A stretch of 63,635 bases of DNA, filler included, from Choristocarpus tenellus KU-1152 (Eukaryota > Protista > Phaeophyceae): assembly GCA_964200185.2 (NCBI GenBank). It is 11 parts of 11 records of this genome, joined end to end, with 100 filler letters (N's around TTAATTAATTAA, not from the genome) between each part and the next. Parts side by side here need not be neighbours in the genome. Positions count along the whole stretch, not along the records: positions 11,609 to 14,860 come from CAXNAD020021251.1; positions 14,961 to 24,206 come from CAXNAD020003847.1; positions 24,307 to 30,847 come from CAXNAD020007902.1; 8 more parts are not named here. One strand, 5' to 3'. The notes under the pieces were generated by a model. It had not been told where the DNA came from. It saw only the letters and a program-made list of their open reading frames with translations, and did not search any database. The number at the start of each line of letters is the position of its first letter. Position 1 is the first letter of the stretch. Made by a program: the position numbers and the translations under genes. Below, piece after piece: positions 13,521 to 25,727 of the stretch.

Positions 13521-13930
13521 TCACACCAGGTTGCGTCAGATATTGTTCCGTTTTATTGTTATTCGTATCCATCCCAGGGCGACCGCGTTAGCACTTTCGT
13601 ATTTCTTGGTAAATAGGTTCCTGGTAGGCTTGTGTTACGCCGTCCCCATTTCCACGCAATCGCTACGTTCTTTTCATATCTCCCTTGCTTAGCCCATTCA
13701 CGGACACAAACACCGCACTCCGTGCCGAACCCGCGTCATCATTAATCACATGGTCCACCACTGTTCATATGAATATACCCCTCACGCACTCGGCTAACCA
13801 TCGCATCCACCCCTTCCTGGACAGCATTGATCTTTGCTGATACAATTGTCCGAACATTCCCCTCCGTCCTCACAGACAGCCGACCGGAGGCCCGAAAACT
13901 ACTGAAGACATACGGACGACATATATCGTA

Positions 13931-14776
13931 ATGTCCGACATCAGTGCCACCTGCACGATGGACCTTGCAACCTCTGCCTACATGACACAGAGGTATAATG
14001 CTAACCTCCTGGACACCGATCGAGTGGAGTCCATGTTCTCCAAGCTAGGGCCGGACCCAGTTGTCGCCACCGATAGGCTGGCAGCTATCCTGAGCGGACA
14101 GCCTTTTTCCATGTGCTACAGATGGAAGACCATAAGCGAAATGAAAGCCGACATGCGCAGGGCGAACGTGCCCTCTGATGTGCCTGGTTGCGATCCACTT
14201 GCAACCTACATCACCAACGGCAACCTTGACGTAGACGAGAATGGTGATGAGAGGGATATAGGTGATGACGACAACCTCTTATTTCGTCTGAACGGGCAAC
14301 ACCGCATAATGGTGTTGAGGAAAATCCATTGCGTCGCGCGAGAGGAAAATATCCCAGGTGGCATCAATCTTCAGCCGCATGTCACAGCGAAGTGGGCCTC
14401 GGACACCTCAGAGAACCTCCAGGGAGATGATAACAGGAGGAGGACCTTCATGTGGAAGATCTATCCACACTGTAACCGCGAAAAGGCTGAATCTATTTCT
14501 ATAGGAGAGAGTGTGGCGGCCAGTAGGTCGCATGTGCCCAACTTTCTGGACATATTCCTCTGGATGGTATCCTGGGTCGCCGCTATCCTGGAATATAGGC
14601 GCGACTTCGGTTGCGACAGGCCCCGCCCTTTTGTCAATGACATAGAGGAGGACCCTGATCGTCGCGCGCGCATAGCGACATTGGTCACCAAGTGTAACCA
14701 GTACTGTCTAGGTGACGTTGACTTCCGGAGTGATGACACCGCGTTACAGGTGGCTCTTAAGAGGAGGGTAGGGTAG
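13931..14776 (+). CDS. 281-aa uninterrupted ORF with ParB/Sulfiredoxin-like NGQHR motif; probably continues past a 5-bp duplication to the contig end
   Basis: Longest ORF in the window, non-repetitive and GC-richer than its flanks. LFRLNGQHRIMVL (NGQHR at 14291-14305) resembles the ParB-N/Srx [DN]GxHR motif. The frame is open from 13841. Confidence 0.6.
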   Translation: MSDISATCTMDLATSAYMTQRYNANLLDTDRVESMFSKLGPDPVVATDRLAAILSGQPFSMCYRWKTISEMKADMRRANVPSDVPGCDPLATYITNGNLDVDENGDERDIGDDDNLLFRLNGQHRIMVLRKIHCVAREENIPGGINLQPHVTAKWASDTSENLQGDDNRRRTFMWKIYPHCNREKAESISIGESVAASRSHVPNFLDIFLWMVSWVAAILEYRRDFGCDRPRPFVNDIEEDPDRRARIATLVTKCNQYCLGDVDFRSDDTALQVALKRRVG

Positions 14777-15239
14777 CTGCCAAGATCAAGGCATTCCTCA
14801 AAGAAGCTTGGGAGGACACAAATATGGAAGCCGGGGTCAATAGACTCACAGACCAGACCTNNNNNNNNNNNNNNNNNNNNNNNNNNNNNNNNNNNNNNNN
14901 NNNNTTAATTAATTAANNNNNNNNNNNNNNNNNNNNNNNNNNNNNNNNNNNNNNNNNNNNCCCTCACAAACCACCCCCCTCCCCCCAAGATACTTTGACC
15001 CAAACCCACATCAAGTCTCCGATGATCTCGTTCTCACATACCAGCAAACAGAGCAAAGGGATCGCAAGGCAATGAAAGGGTGAACAAAAGCAGAATGCGG
15101 TCTTACCATAACACTCAAGTCCCCTACAACCTTCCTCCCTCCTTCACACCCCTGTAATTATGTATATTCAGTGCTGGCACAAATATGACTCCAAGTCAAC
15201 CCAGAAGTACTATCAAAATACCATCAAGCACGGAATTAC

Positions 15240-18200
15240 CGGTCCACCAATGAAGTCTCTTCACGTAGGGGAGCACACAGCTGATTGAAGGCTGTGCACC
15301 CACCAAGTCGCCTGTTTTTGTCAGGGTGCGTTGCTAGACTGAAGACCAGCGATAGCAATGCATCTACTGCTACTGGACCTTGAGCCTTCACAGATTGAGG
15401 GCAAGGGGAAATCGGGGTGGGGGAAGAGCAGAACGAGGGGAGTAGTTCAAGAGGAGAAAATTGATTGGCAACATGAACTATCAGTAATAGTCAAAGAGGA
15501 ACAGGGTGATGGCTACAGTTAGGTATGGATTCAGTCTTGGTGAATCACTCTTAGAAGAAAGTCCGGAGGGATGAGAAAGTGTCACTTACACTTAGTTAAG
15601 AATTGTTTGGTTATTGTGTTTCAGGTATATTGGGTCCACATCTATGAGCTTCACCATAGAAAAGCATAAACACATTGTACAAGGATCCATCGCACACCTC
15701 TACAACTCAAGCAGGAGAACCAACAGCTACACAAAGGGTTAAGCGTTAGTTCCTTCAAGAACCAAACGCCTTCCCAGCACAATGCGCATCAATAGGGTGT
15801 TACTTGTAGGGTTACACGTTTTTCAGTGCGGAGTAGGAGGAGGGAGGGAGGGAGCTTACCTGCTGTTTTTTGCTCGTCTGTTTAATAGCATAACGAAGAA
15901 ATTCTACAACACCTCTTGCACACAGCTCACGCAAGGGGCCCCCCTCCTCCGCTGCCATTCCCTCGCCCAGACAATCCAGTATGGCTGCAGTATCCTGATT
16001 TGAAAAGAGTTCAAGATCATTAGGAAACAGAAAAAATATGAATTTTAATCAAGTTTTCTAAGCTGAAGCGGTTTTGAGTGAACATTAGGAATACGGGGGA
16101 AGGCTACTATCAAGTTGGACTAGCATCATGTGTGTATGTGTATGAGGAAGTTGTGCAACGTTTCCAAAGCTTGCTTGCAAGACATGGGTCCCCACGCCTG
16201 TGCACAGTGCACTGCAGAACATCTTTGAGACAGGGGGAGTTGCTACGTAGTGCTACTATTTCCCTGGCAAAATAATGGTTGGAAGTGTCTACATTCATTT
16301 CATTGAAGCCCCAAATAATCATCACAAAGAAATTTTTACAAACTCAACCCCCTTCACCCTCCGGCTAACCTTGCTCAATCCTCACTCAACACAGGGCTGA
16401 TAGGACTGCAGGCGTATCAAACGAACACAAGTCATCACGTGTTTGGCTCAACTATATTTTGTTTGCTACGAATTGTTCGCCTTCCCTCCTGCCCAATCCA
16501 ACACCTCTTACCCCCGCCCAGTGACATCAGATTTTTCCCTCCCCTACTTACAAAAGTCAATCCACCATCAGTGAAGGGACAACAAGATGAGAAAGCCTTA
16601 CATCCTTGAAAAAAGAGAAAAAATACACAGAGCCAAAGTACCTTAGAGGGTAGAGCCGCGTCCATTTCGGGGTCAAATTCCAATGTTGCCATTTTGATGT
16701 AATTTTGACTATCATGTTTTTGAGGAAGTGTCAATATCCTTGTTCCGGACACACCTTTTCATAACATATAAATTTTACCTACTCCGAAACATATCGGAGT
16801 AGGAAAATGTCATAAAACACCTGTGGGAAGCCATGTCCCAAATGGACAAACAGGGCAAAATTCGTACCCTCTAAGATACTTTCACTCACACGCATCAATT
16901 GCTGCAACATTGTGTACACAAGAAGCAAATAGTAATGAAGTTGGCTCTAAGATCACAGAGCATCCCATCATTTTCCTTATCTATATCCTCACTGCAAACC
17001 ACATCCACCCACTTTACCCTATCATCATTATCCAATTCAAATGTGCTCCATAACCTCCACCGCCTTTAAACACAAACATATCCCTAACTCTATCCCAAGC
17101 ATCCAACAAATTGACGCATAGAATATGAAATTCAGCAATGCAACTGGAACTGTATTATCATGTAGCTTTGATTGGGAAAACGTAATACCATGAAACGTCT
17201 CAGCAGATGCCTCTCAAACCCTAAGAGAGAGAGTACAGGAAATATGCCAATGATGCATTCAACAACCAGTCACTCATTTTCAACTGAACACAACAAGCAG
17301 TGGTAGCAGCAAGGACTAGGAACTGACTCAATAGAAATCATCTCCCTACCTCTCTCCCACTGTCCAACCTCAACAGTCTGACCTTGTATAAACAAAAAAA
17401 AGTACAGCAGTACCAGCAATAAAAAAAAATTCAAGGAAGTTGGAGTGTGTCCACCAAATACAATAGCACTGCTGTGAAAAACAGTTGTATCACTACATCA
17501 TACCTTGATACCATGCAGGCAACCAGAAAGTATTACTTGGAGGCGACCACAAATATTTCTCGAATTCTTGGCAGCCACCATCACCAAAATTCCAACATTT
17601 TTCACACTACATTTTACTGTTTGTACTATTCTAGGTACTATTATTGTAGTAGTAACATGTAGAGTTAAAAGTGTGAACATTTTGACATAGCAATCACACC
17701 GACATCCACTTACATCATTGTCTGTCCTGGCTTGAGAGAACCACCGTACCAGCTGTAGAGACAGTTTGGAAAAAAGTGTCCTTGTGGTCTCTTCCAGGTC
17801 CACCCCCAGCCTCAGCATAGCTGGGTAGCACTTCCTAAACAGCTTTGAGAACTCGCCTGCCTTGCCCTGCCCAGTACCCCCCGATGATGGATCTGTTGCT
17901 GTGCATCCCACCTATTAAACAGCACCAATACAGATGATAAACACAAACAGCGCAGCAGATAACAATACAAAGTTGCATTAAATTTGAAGTCCTTTCTCTT
18001 CACACGTAGCTTTCCTGCTCCTGCCACAGCCTCCAATTGCTTGCTTAGGGTTATGATTAAGACCAACGACCACGGCCTTAGGGTCAGGGATTAAATAAGA
18101 ACTAATTTGTTTGGGCAGCACACCAAACCTGTTACTGCAGTAGGCCCTACACAAAGTTTGTGTACTACTGGGGAGGAAAGGATTTAGCCAATCTAACAAG

Positions 18201-21200
18201 TTAACGCTAAAATGTTCAGTTCAGATTTTGCGTCTAACATGAGATATGTAGAACAATCAATGGTTGGGAATCTGAAAGTATTAATGTGTTTACTGTATCT
18301 TACGAAAAGCCAGAAAAATACAAAAAAATTCAAGGAAAAAAATAAGCAAGTGTCATGAAGGGCCTCATATTGTTCTATTCATTATGCTCGCAAAAGCACA
18401 AAAAAAAAAACTATTTTTAGTTGGAGAACTGGGCAGCCGGAAAATATTGTCAACTTCTGCAGTGGTTGGTTAACACAGTACATTCCTTTCCCTTTCAAGC
18501 TGTGTTCTCACTAACAGTTACGACGGCGCAAGACATAAAATTGGTCCATTGATCAAAGAGTTATGAATATGGTTGCAAATGAGTTGCGTGGTAAAATGTA
18601 ATGGGAGGAGCATTATTTCAGGGGAGAAAATTTGGTCTGGTTGCCTCCATCAGCGAAAAGAATGATCCGTCTTCCATACGCCTAGTCCACCTGCACAGTC
18701 CTCAGCAACAAACATCGCTGCCCACATTGTACTCTCTAAAAATGAAATATGGGCTGTTTCTATTGATGCTGAACCCCAAGAGTATGAACATTCCATTGGC
18801 AAGAGAGGAGGTGAACGAACGGTTGTGTACTGTCAAAATAACTGCTCTGGAATATTACTTCAAACCACGGTGGCTATTCTCCATGTGAAGGACAAAACTA
18901 CACAATGATTCAATTGCCAACAACAGACTAGTTGTAGTTTGTGCGAAGAATATGCCTGAACTCTTGCATTAAAGAAGATTATACAAAAAAAAAAAAAGAC
19001 TTGTCTGTCAGTCAAGTTGACAGAAGCAAATATGATAATGTTGTGTAGAACAGTAGAAGAGTGTTGAATGATGTTCTTGATACAGGACAGGTTCAATAGG
19101 AAGATGAGTCTACGAATAGGGTTATGGAGATTGTTGTCTAACGGTCAACAGACTAATGACAAACGACCAATGGCACTAGTCCAGATGAGAGAGCAATGAG
19201 TGTTTGTTGGCAATAATGCCCCTCATTGATGGATGAGCTCACCCCTCCTGTTCTCCATCTCCACCCTACCAAGGAAATAATCAACACAACATATGTGCAC
19301 AAGTCCTGGAAACGATAGCTTACTTGACAGCCTGCACATTACATGCACAAATGCAATGGAAAAACTCAAATATCACTTCCTCTCAGCTGCTGATATACAG
19401 TCAGGAAGAGGACAATCACCCCCCAATTTGACCCACAGTGTCTGACTTTCTCTTACATCATTTCCTTGTTTATGTGACATTTCGTACAAATTCCTAGTTT
19501 ATGTTACACCTACGATTGGAACAAGAATGTTTTGTTTTTTTTAATGTCGACTGATGCCATTCCTAGTCGGACTACCTGTAGGAGAAAAGGAGAATGAACG
19601 AGAGAGGCTCACTTCTCCTACTGCAAGATCAACACACCTTGCTCGATTTAAGGAGAAAGAGGAGAAATAGAAAAATGATGGGGTACATAGAACTAGGGAA
19701 GTATGTTACATAACTCCATCAACAGTAAAGAAATTTCCAAAAATAGCATGAACCTGTTGCCGAAGTGAGTCAATGGAATAAACGCATTCCCTCTGACACG
19801 ATATCTTTTATCTAATGGATGAATAGCGATTATTCCTTTACATGGACTACATGCTTTGATGTTGTACTAAAATAATAATCCAGAGTATATATATTACTTC
19901 AGATTCAAAAACATCCAGTGCAGTAATGAAGAGAATTTACACATAGAATCTGCTGGACAAAGTGGAATAAACATCTCTTACGCACTTAGAATTCCACGAG
20001 CACAGTACCTAAGAAGTAGAAAAAAATTAAGAAAAAAAATCTACAGCATATTCTGCAAGTACTCCAGAGGACTTTCCTGCTAACTTACACTATAGGCGTT
20101 TGTGCTATTGTTGGTTACAATGGCATGGTGGTATGCATAATACATGAAAAAGAGTAAACGAATCACCCACCCACCATATACACCACTATGGCGTGGAGAC
20201 ACTCGGCTGCAAGTGTTTTCGTCTGCTGTGAACCCTGGTGTTCTGCCAGCGACACTATACGCTGCAGCAACCCATCTAAGCACAAGGGGAGATGCTCCTT
20301 GCAATCATGGTAAGGAATCTGGAAAAAAGCATTCCAAATGAAGTTGCAGTACCACAGTGGTATGAAATAAGCGCCAAAAGAGGGAGGAAGGAGGATCGGG
20401 AGGAGGAAAGGCCAATACTACATCAAAAAAATTAATACTTGGAGTACATTTTTTTCATGCCAGGGCATGGAAATGGCATTACAAGTTTACGGAGAGCCTA
20501 GCACGTAGAGCTCTAAGAATTCAGAATATAATAATACACTAGAAATGAAAAATAGTGTGCTTTTTAAAGAGGAGAAAGAAAATACTTCAGGTACATAGGC
20601 TCTAACTACATACAGCTTCAAGAAATTCAAACGCATTACCCTTTCAAAAACATGTACCACTCTCTATATTAATGAGACTCCGTTAAGATAGGTATTTCGT
20701 GGATTTCATTTAGTTGGTACTTCAAAAAATGCAAAACTCTTAAACCAATACATACTATAAATAGGATTAGCTAGGGTCACCTCTAGTCACACAAACTACC
20801 TCATACCTTGTACAACATTGACACACATACTGGAGTGCCCTTCAAAACAAATATAGAAAGCTGCTTCCAATCGCGGGCTTATGTGTGCATATTCACATTA
20901 GCAAAAGTGGAATCCACACCAAACACAAGATGACCTGATGGAAATGCTTGTTCTTTCAACAATACAAAAAAACATTTAATTACAAAAAAACATTTAAATA
21001 CAAAAAAAGGTACTCAACAAAACCATGACATACACACACGTGCGTACATACTAGCAGGCAAGCTGCAGCTCCTCATTCCCCAATCCACTACCCCCAATCC
21101 CGCTCTTTAAACCCTCAAGCACCTCTATCATCAATCGAGGGGTGGTGTCCCATGCCAGGCTCTTGGCAAGGACCTCAGAGGCAGATGGAGAAATCAGATG

Positions 21201-23358
21201 GTTCCTACCCCCCAGGCGTCCCAAAAAGCGAACCACCCTTCTCCTCAGGTTCTTCCTCTGAGCATCCTCTGAGTGGATTTGTGTTGAGATATTGACAATG
21301 TTAAATTGGTAATGTAAGTAAGGCGCATGAAGAACAACAACCACAGGAATGGGATGGTGGTTGTTTTGTGCTGTGTTGTGTCAATGCTGGGATTCAGTTT
21401 TCCTGCAGCATCCAATCCATAAATATGTTTCTGTCCTTCAATATTATTAACACTATCACTCAAACGTACCCAGCAAAAATTGAAAGAGGTTGGAGACAGC
21501 AGGCAAGAACTGTCCAAAAGATGGTCTATTATCTTTTGGACGAGAGACAAAGGTCAGGGAGGGGGATAGCGGTCAGTAAGGCTTCCCTAGAAAGGTCTGT
21601 CACCTCTTCTTCCAATTCTAGAGGGATTCCTGTAAGAAAATAAAGCAATTTCACAAATGAGTAAAGTTTTTTCAAGTCAGTTGCACCAGGAAGAACAAAA
21701 CTTTCCCTCCCTAAATCTCAGAGTCCTCCATCACGCCCTCACCCCACCCTCCTACCCCATGTAATGGCACCCACCGCCTACATCCTTTTCCACTGCCCCA
21801 CTCCCAGTACTCCCTGCCTTCCCCTTTCCTGCCCCCTTTCCCCCCCTTGGGCCTTGTCGTCCTCTCCTTCCCCCCCGATCCGCCCCATGGTCACTCTCTC
21901 CTCCTTCCCCTGAGCCGGCAGAGTAGATGTGCTGGTCCAGACATGGGAGGATCTGAGGGAAGGAACAAATTACAACAAAAGAAGGTTCAGGTAGTCTTGG
22001 TGGGTGGTTGAGACACCAGCTAGAGTGAATGCTGCCTTCAAGACTTGAGGAGGAGGTTGCATCAAAGGGACAAACTGTTGTTTGCGAATAAGAATATTAA
22101 GTGGTCGACAAAACGCCTTCAAGACCATATAACCCCACCCTTAATACTCAAACATCAATCCCAACCCTGACCCTACGCCCTAACACTAAACACTCTCACC
22201 TCTGACAGGTGAGGAAGCAGCAGGTCAGGAGCATCTCTATGCCATCTCTCCAGAGCCTCCATAGACACAAGAGCCGTAGGTAAGTGGGCTACTCCAGAGC
22301 GGAGGGCGACCTGTAAGGAGGGGCATTCTCACCATCATATTCAGGTAAAGTAGTTGCAGGAACCGTCCGATACCTAACGCATTGCCATTATCTTTCAGGC
22401 CTAGTTCCATCAGAGTTGACCTATCCATAGTCTCTCCCTATACTTGGTGACCACCATCAAACCTCCAAGGCTTGCCTAAAATCTCTCTCTCCCCTACTCC
22501 CCTTACCCTGAGGGCTGGAACAAGGGTGGACAGGTCTCTGTCTAGCAGTCCCAGGGGGGCACTGAGCAGTGCCTCAGTACAGGCCGCCAGCAGCTCATCT
22601 CGGAAACCCCCTAACCTCACTGACATCCATTCCAAATACCTTCAGAGACCACACACACACACACACACACACAAATACACACACACAAGGAGAGATTCCC
22701 AGTAAGAAGGTAGGGTGTGTGAGTGGCAGCAATTACTCGCCTCGGCAATACCAAAATCATGCGGGTAGTGATTTCGGTAGAGCGGGAGGGCAAAAGAGCA
22801 AAGAAAGAGGACAAGAAGAACGATAAGAAGGAAAAGAGAACATGAGGGTGAAAGATGAGAGGTAAGGAAAGGAGTGAAGGTGGTAGAGCACAGTTGAATA
22901 GGACTAGCAGAAAGCAGCATAAAATTGACAACGCTTTTGCTCACTCAATCAGCTATTCCAGAGTACTTGTTCCAGTCTCTTCAAAGTTTATCTCTTAAAC
23001 AATGCACATTAAAAAATATATATATAATTTCGCTGACTTGAAACCTACCAAGGCGAAATATAGCTCTACAGGTACAGCCAGTGATAAACCCACTGGGTGG
23101 AAGGTAGGGGACGGCATACCTTCGCAGTACCCTGCAGCATATAGACCTACCACCACCCCAAGCCTCATTGTGATTCTCCCGCTCAATCTTCCCCATCTTG
23201 GTAGCATCATCACCATCATCCTTGCCACTATCCACCTCAACATCCATTGATACGGGAGGAGATGCATGCCCCAGATCAGCCTCTGGAAGAGGCATGACTT
23301 CTTCCCTAGCTATTGCTACTATGGAGCTCTGGTTCTCAAAGTAACCTGACCTGCTGGC
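15240..23358 (-). CDS. PRKDC: DNA-dependent protein kinase catalytic subunit, internal HEAT-region exons: 23358-23120, 22639-22507, 22310-22200, 21952-21775, 21268-21123, 20318-20175, 17911-17714, 15994-15860, 15385-15240
   Basis: All nine exons join with phase-consistent GT-AG introns. They give motifs collinear with DNA-PKcs: FRDELLAAC, LVPALR, ALERW, ILPCLD, RVVRFLGRLGG, LAWD, QTKTLAAECLH, LRLGVD..TRTLF..LSLQLVRWF, LRELCARGVVEFLRYAIKQ, LATHPDKNRRLGG..AFN..LREE. Confidence 0.93.
16630..16887. mobile_element. MITE family A in DNA-PKcs intron
   Basis: GAGCCAAAGTACCTTAGAGGGTA...TACCCTCTAAGATACTTTCACTC, with ACAC-like flanks (TSD offset by one base). Confidence 0.88.
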
Positions 23359-23407
23359 CTGAGAGGATTTGCACAGGAAGAGGGAATTGAAACACTTCTC
23401 GCTCAAG

Positions 23408-23915
23408 GCAAAGATAAAGGGCTCCAATATGTTAGACACCATGAACTCTCTTGCCCTTCATATGGGAGCTTAAATGACTGGGTGTAAAACACAGCTACTT
23501 GGTACTGCATGTGAATATACAGTGTCTCTTAGTCTAGCTGAATTTAATGCTGAACAACGGCGTTTATGAGTGGCAATGATAAAGGGCTCCAATATGTTGG
23601 GCACCATGAACTCTCTTGCCCAAAATATTGGAGCTTAAATGACTGGGTGAAAAACACAGCTACCTAGTACTACATCGATCAAATTATCTGGGGGGGGTGG
23701 CATCTGTCCATTTGAAGCCAATTTCTTTCATGTCGCAGTTTTTTAGTGATTTGGTTCCATATATCGGATGGATAATGGAAGTGCACTTTTCCTGGTTACG
23801 GTCCAAATGGACACCCTGGCGCAGACCCCCCCCCCCCCCTCAGATACTTTGGGTCACATGTGAACATACAGTGTCTCTTAGCTCTTAGTCTAGCTGATTT
23901 TAATGCTTAACAACA
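23408..23915. repeat. Local ~165-bp tandem duplication in DNA-PKcs intron; second copy interrupted by a family B MITE
   Basis: GATAAAGGGCTCCAATATGTT...GCTTAAATGACTGGGTG...CAGTGTCTCTTAG occurs twice. Confidence 0.9.
23676..23855. mobile_element. MITE family B (~175-180 bp, poly-G/poly-C subterminal tracts)
   Basis: CGATCAAATTATCTGGGGGG...CCCCTCAGATACTTTGGGTC flanked by ACAT/ACAT. The empty paralogous site lies ~165 bp upstream. Confidence 0.9.
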
Positions 23916-25727
23916 GTGTTGATGATTTCTTGCATGCCTCTCTAAACTATTCGAACTGGAGAAAAATCAACTCTGAACTCAGTCTTCCTTTACACACTCT
24001 GAACATGGAATCAGCATTAAAAAAAAAACACAGCATATCATCCCACTCCGCTTCACTTGAACTTGGCAAATACTTAATCACTTTATCATTATATTTGAAA
24101 ACAGTTAGCATCTACACAACATTATTTTCTCTCCCCTTGACACCAGCACCAGGAGAATAGTAGAAGATTAAAACACAGGAACTTAGTGCACCCCCACCCC
24201 CAGGCCNNNNNNNNNNNNNNNNNNNNNNNNNNNNNNNNNNNNNNNNNNNNTTAATTAATTAANNNNNNNNNNNNNNNNNNNNNNNNNNNNNNNNNNNNNN
24301 NNNNNNTTCCGAAGTTTTTGGGCGGACGCGGGGGGGGGGGGGGGGGGGGGGGGGGATTTTTTTTTATGGCACTATTGTTATGGTATTGTTTTTGGGGGCT
24401 CGAGGTTTATCTGGTAAAATTTTATTTATCTACTTGTGTATATATATTTTTATTATCTGTGTGCATGAAAACAAAAAGATGGTGTGCATTGGTGTTGGTC
24501 GATTGGTTGGTTAGTTATGTTCAGATTGAAATTTTATTGTGCTTTGTGTGTCTTCGATTGAAGTTTTTAAAAGTGTTTTGTGAGTGGTATGTATGGGATT
24601 GTCCTGTATTAAAAAACAGATAATTATGTTGTTTTTTTTAGGTTCAGGAAGGTGTTCAGGGGGGTTGTGTCCTACCAATATTTATTTATTTAACAAAAAA
24701 AATAATTTTTACGTTGTTTTTGTCGTTGAAGTAAAAAAATATAATATATATATATATATCTGCACTGAAGTATGTTGGTCTGCATGAACAGTGGTGATGA
24801 AGAAGCGGTTTTGCTGAAGTTTCGATGGATTTTGTTTAATTCAAATGATGATTCAACTATCTTCTCCTTTGTCTGCCTGCCTGCCTAACCCTAACAAATG
24901 GAGAGAGAGGATGAGAATGAGAATGTGACTTAGAATGAGAGTAAGAATGAGAATAGGGTTTGTGATTCGACACAGGCAGAGTCCCTCATCTCAGCGATCA
25001 TTTTGTAATGCCTCTAACCAATCTATTCCTACCTTGTTAGTTATCTTTATTGTTGATTGTATTGAGCCTGATGGTTGATGGTTGCAGTAACCCTTGTCAG
25101 TTACACTCTCTTCCTTTTTCCTTAGGTGTCTATGTTGAACCACAATGCCTACGTACCTTTGGGACAAATATGATTATTTTTTACTACTGTGCTGTGTGTG
25201 ATGGTCATTGGAGTCATTTGTTCGAGAGGGTTGAGATTTTTAAGATCAATCCTCTTCCCCTCCACCCCCCCTCCCACCCCCCTCCTACAAAACTAGCTCA
25301 TGCAATGGAGCCCCCCCTTGACTATGGCACTCTTTGGATCTACTACAACAGTACTGCATTTGCAGACCCTGTCAGTAGGCTAGAATGTCCTCTATTTATA
25401 TATTTATTTATATTTATGTGTGGACTTGTAGCAAGAGCAAGCTATGATATTTATAGTAGAATTGAATATTGAATGCGCTGTTTGAATGCTGTTTGAATGT
25501 TGTGCACCGGCTCTTATTGTAGGATCGATTCAAAACCTTTTTTTTTTGTATTGATGGAATACTTTATAATCGTTTGAATACCTTGAATCTCCTGTTGTGC
25601 TGTGTATGTCATGTGTGTTTTAATTTGTATATTAATTTGTGTATTAATGTGTGTTTTAATTTGTATATTAATTTGTGTATTAGTTTGTATATTAATGTGC
25701 ACTTCGGTGTTGGTTTGAAATTGTCAG

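Noticed and set aside
14861-15400. Functional linkage between ParB-like ORF and DNA-PKcs
   Set aside because: Separated by an artificial linker, so not known to be adjacent in the genome.
21505-21629. Possible extra DNA-PKcs exon after TTTTCTTACAG
   Set aside because: The open phase reaches a stop or lacks a phase-compatible donor, and the flanking exons join correctly without it.
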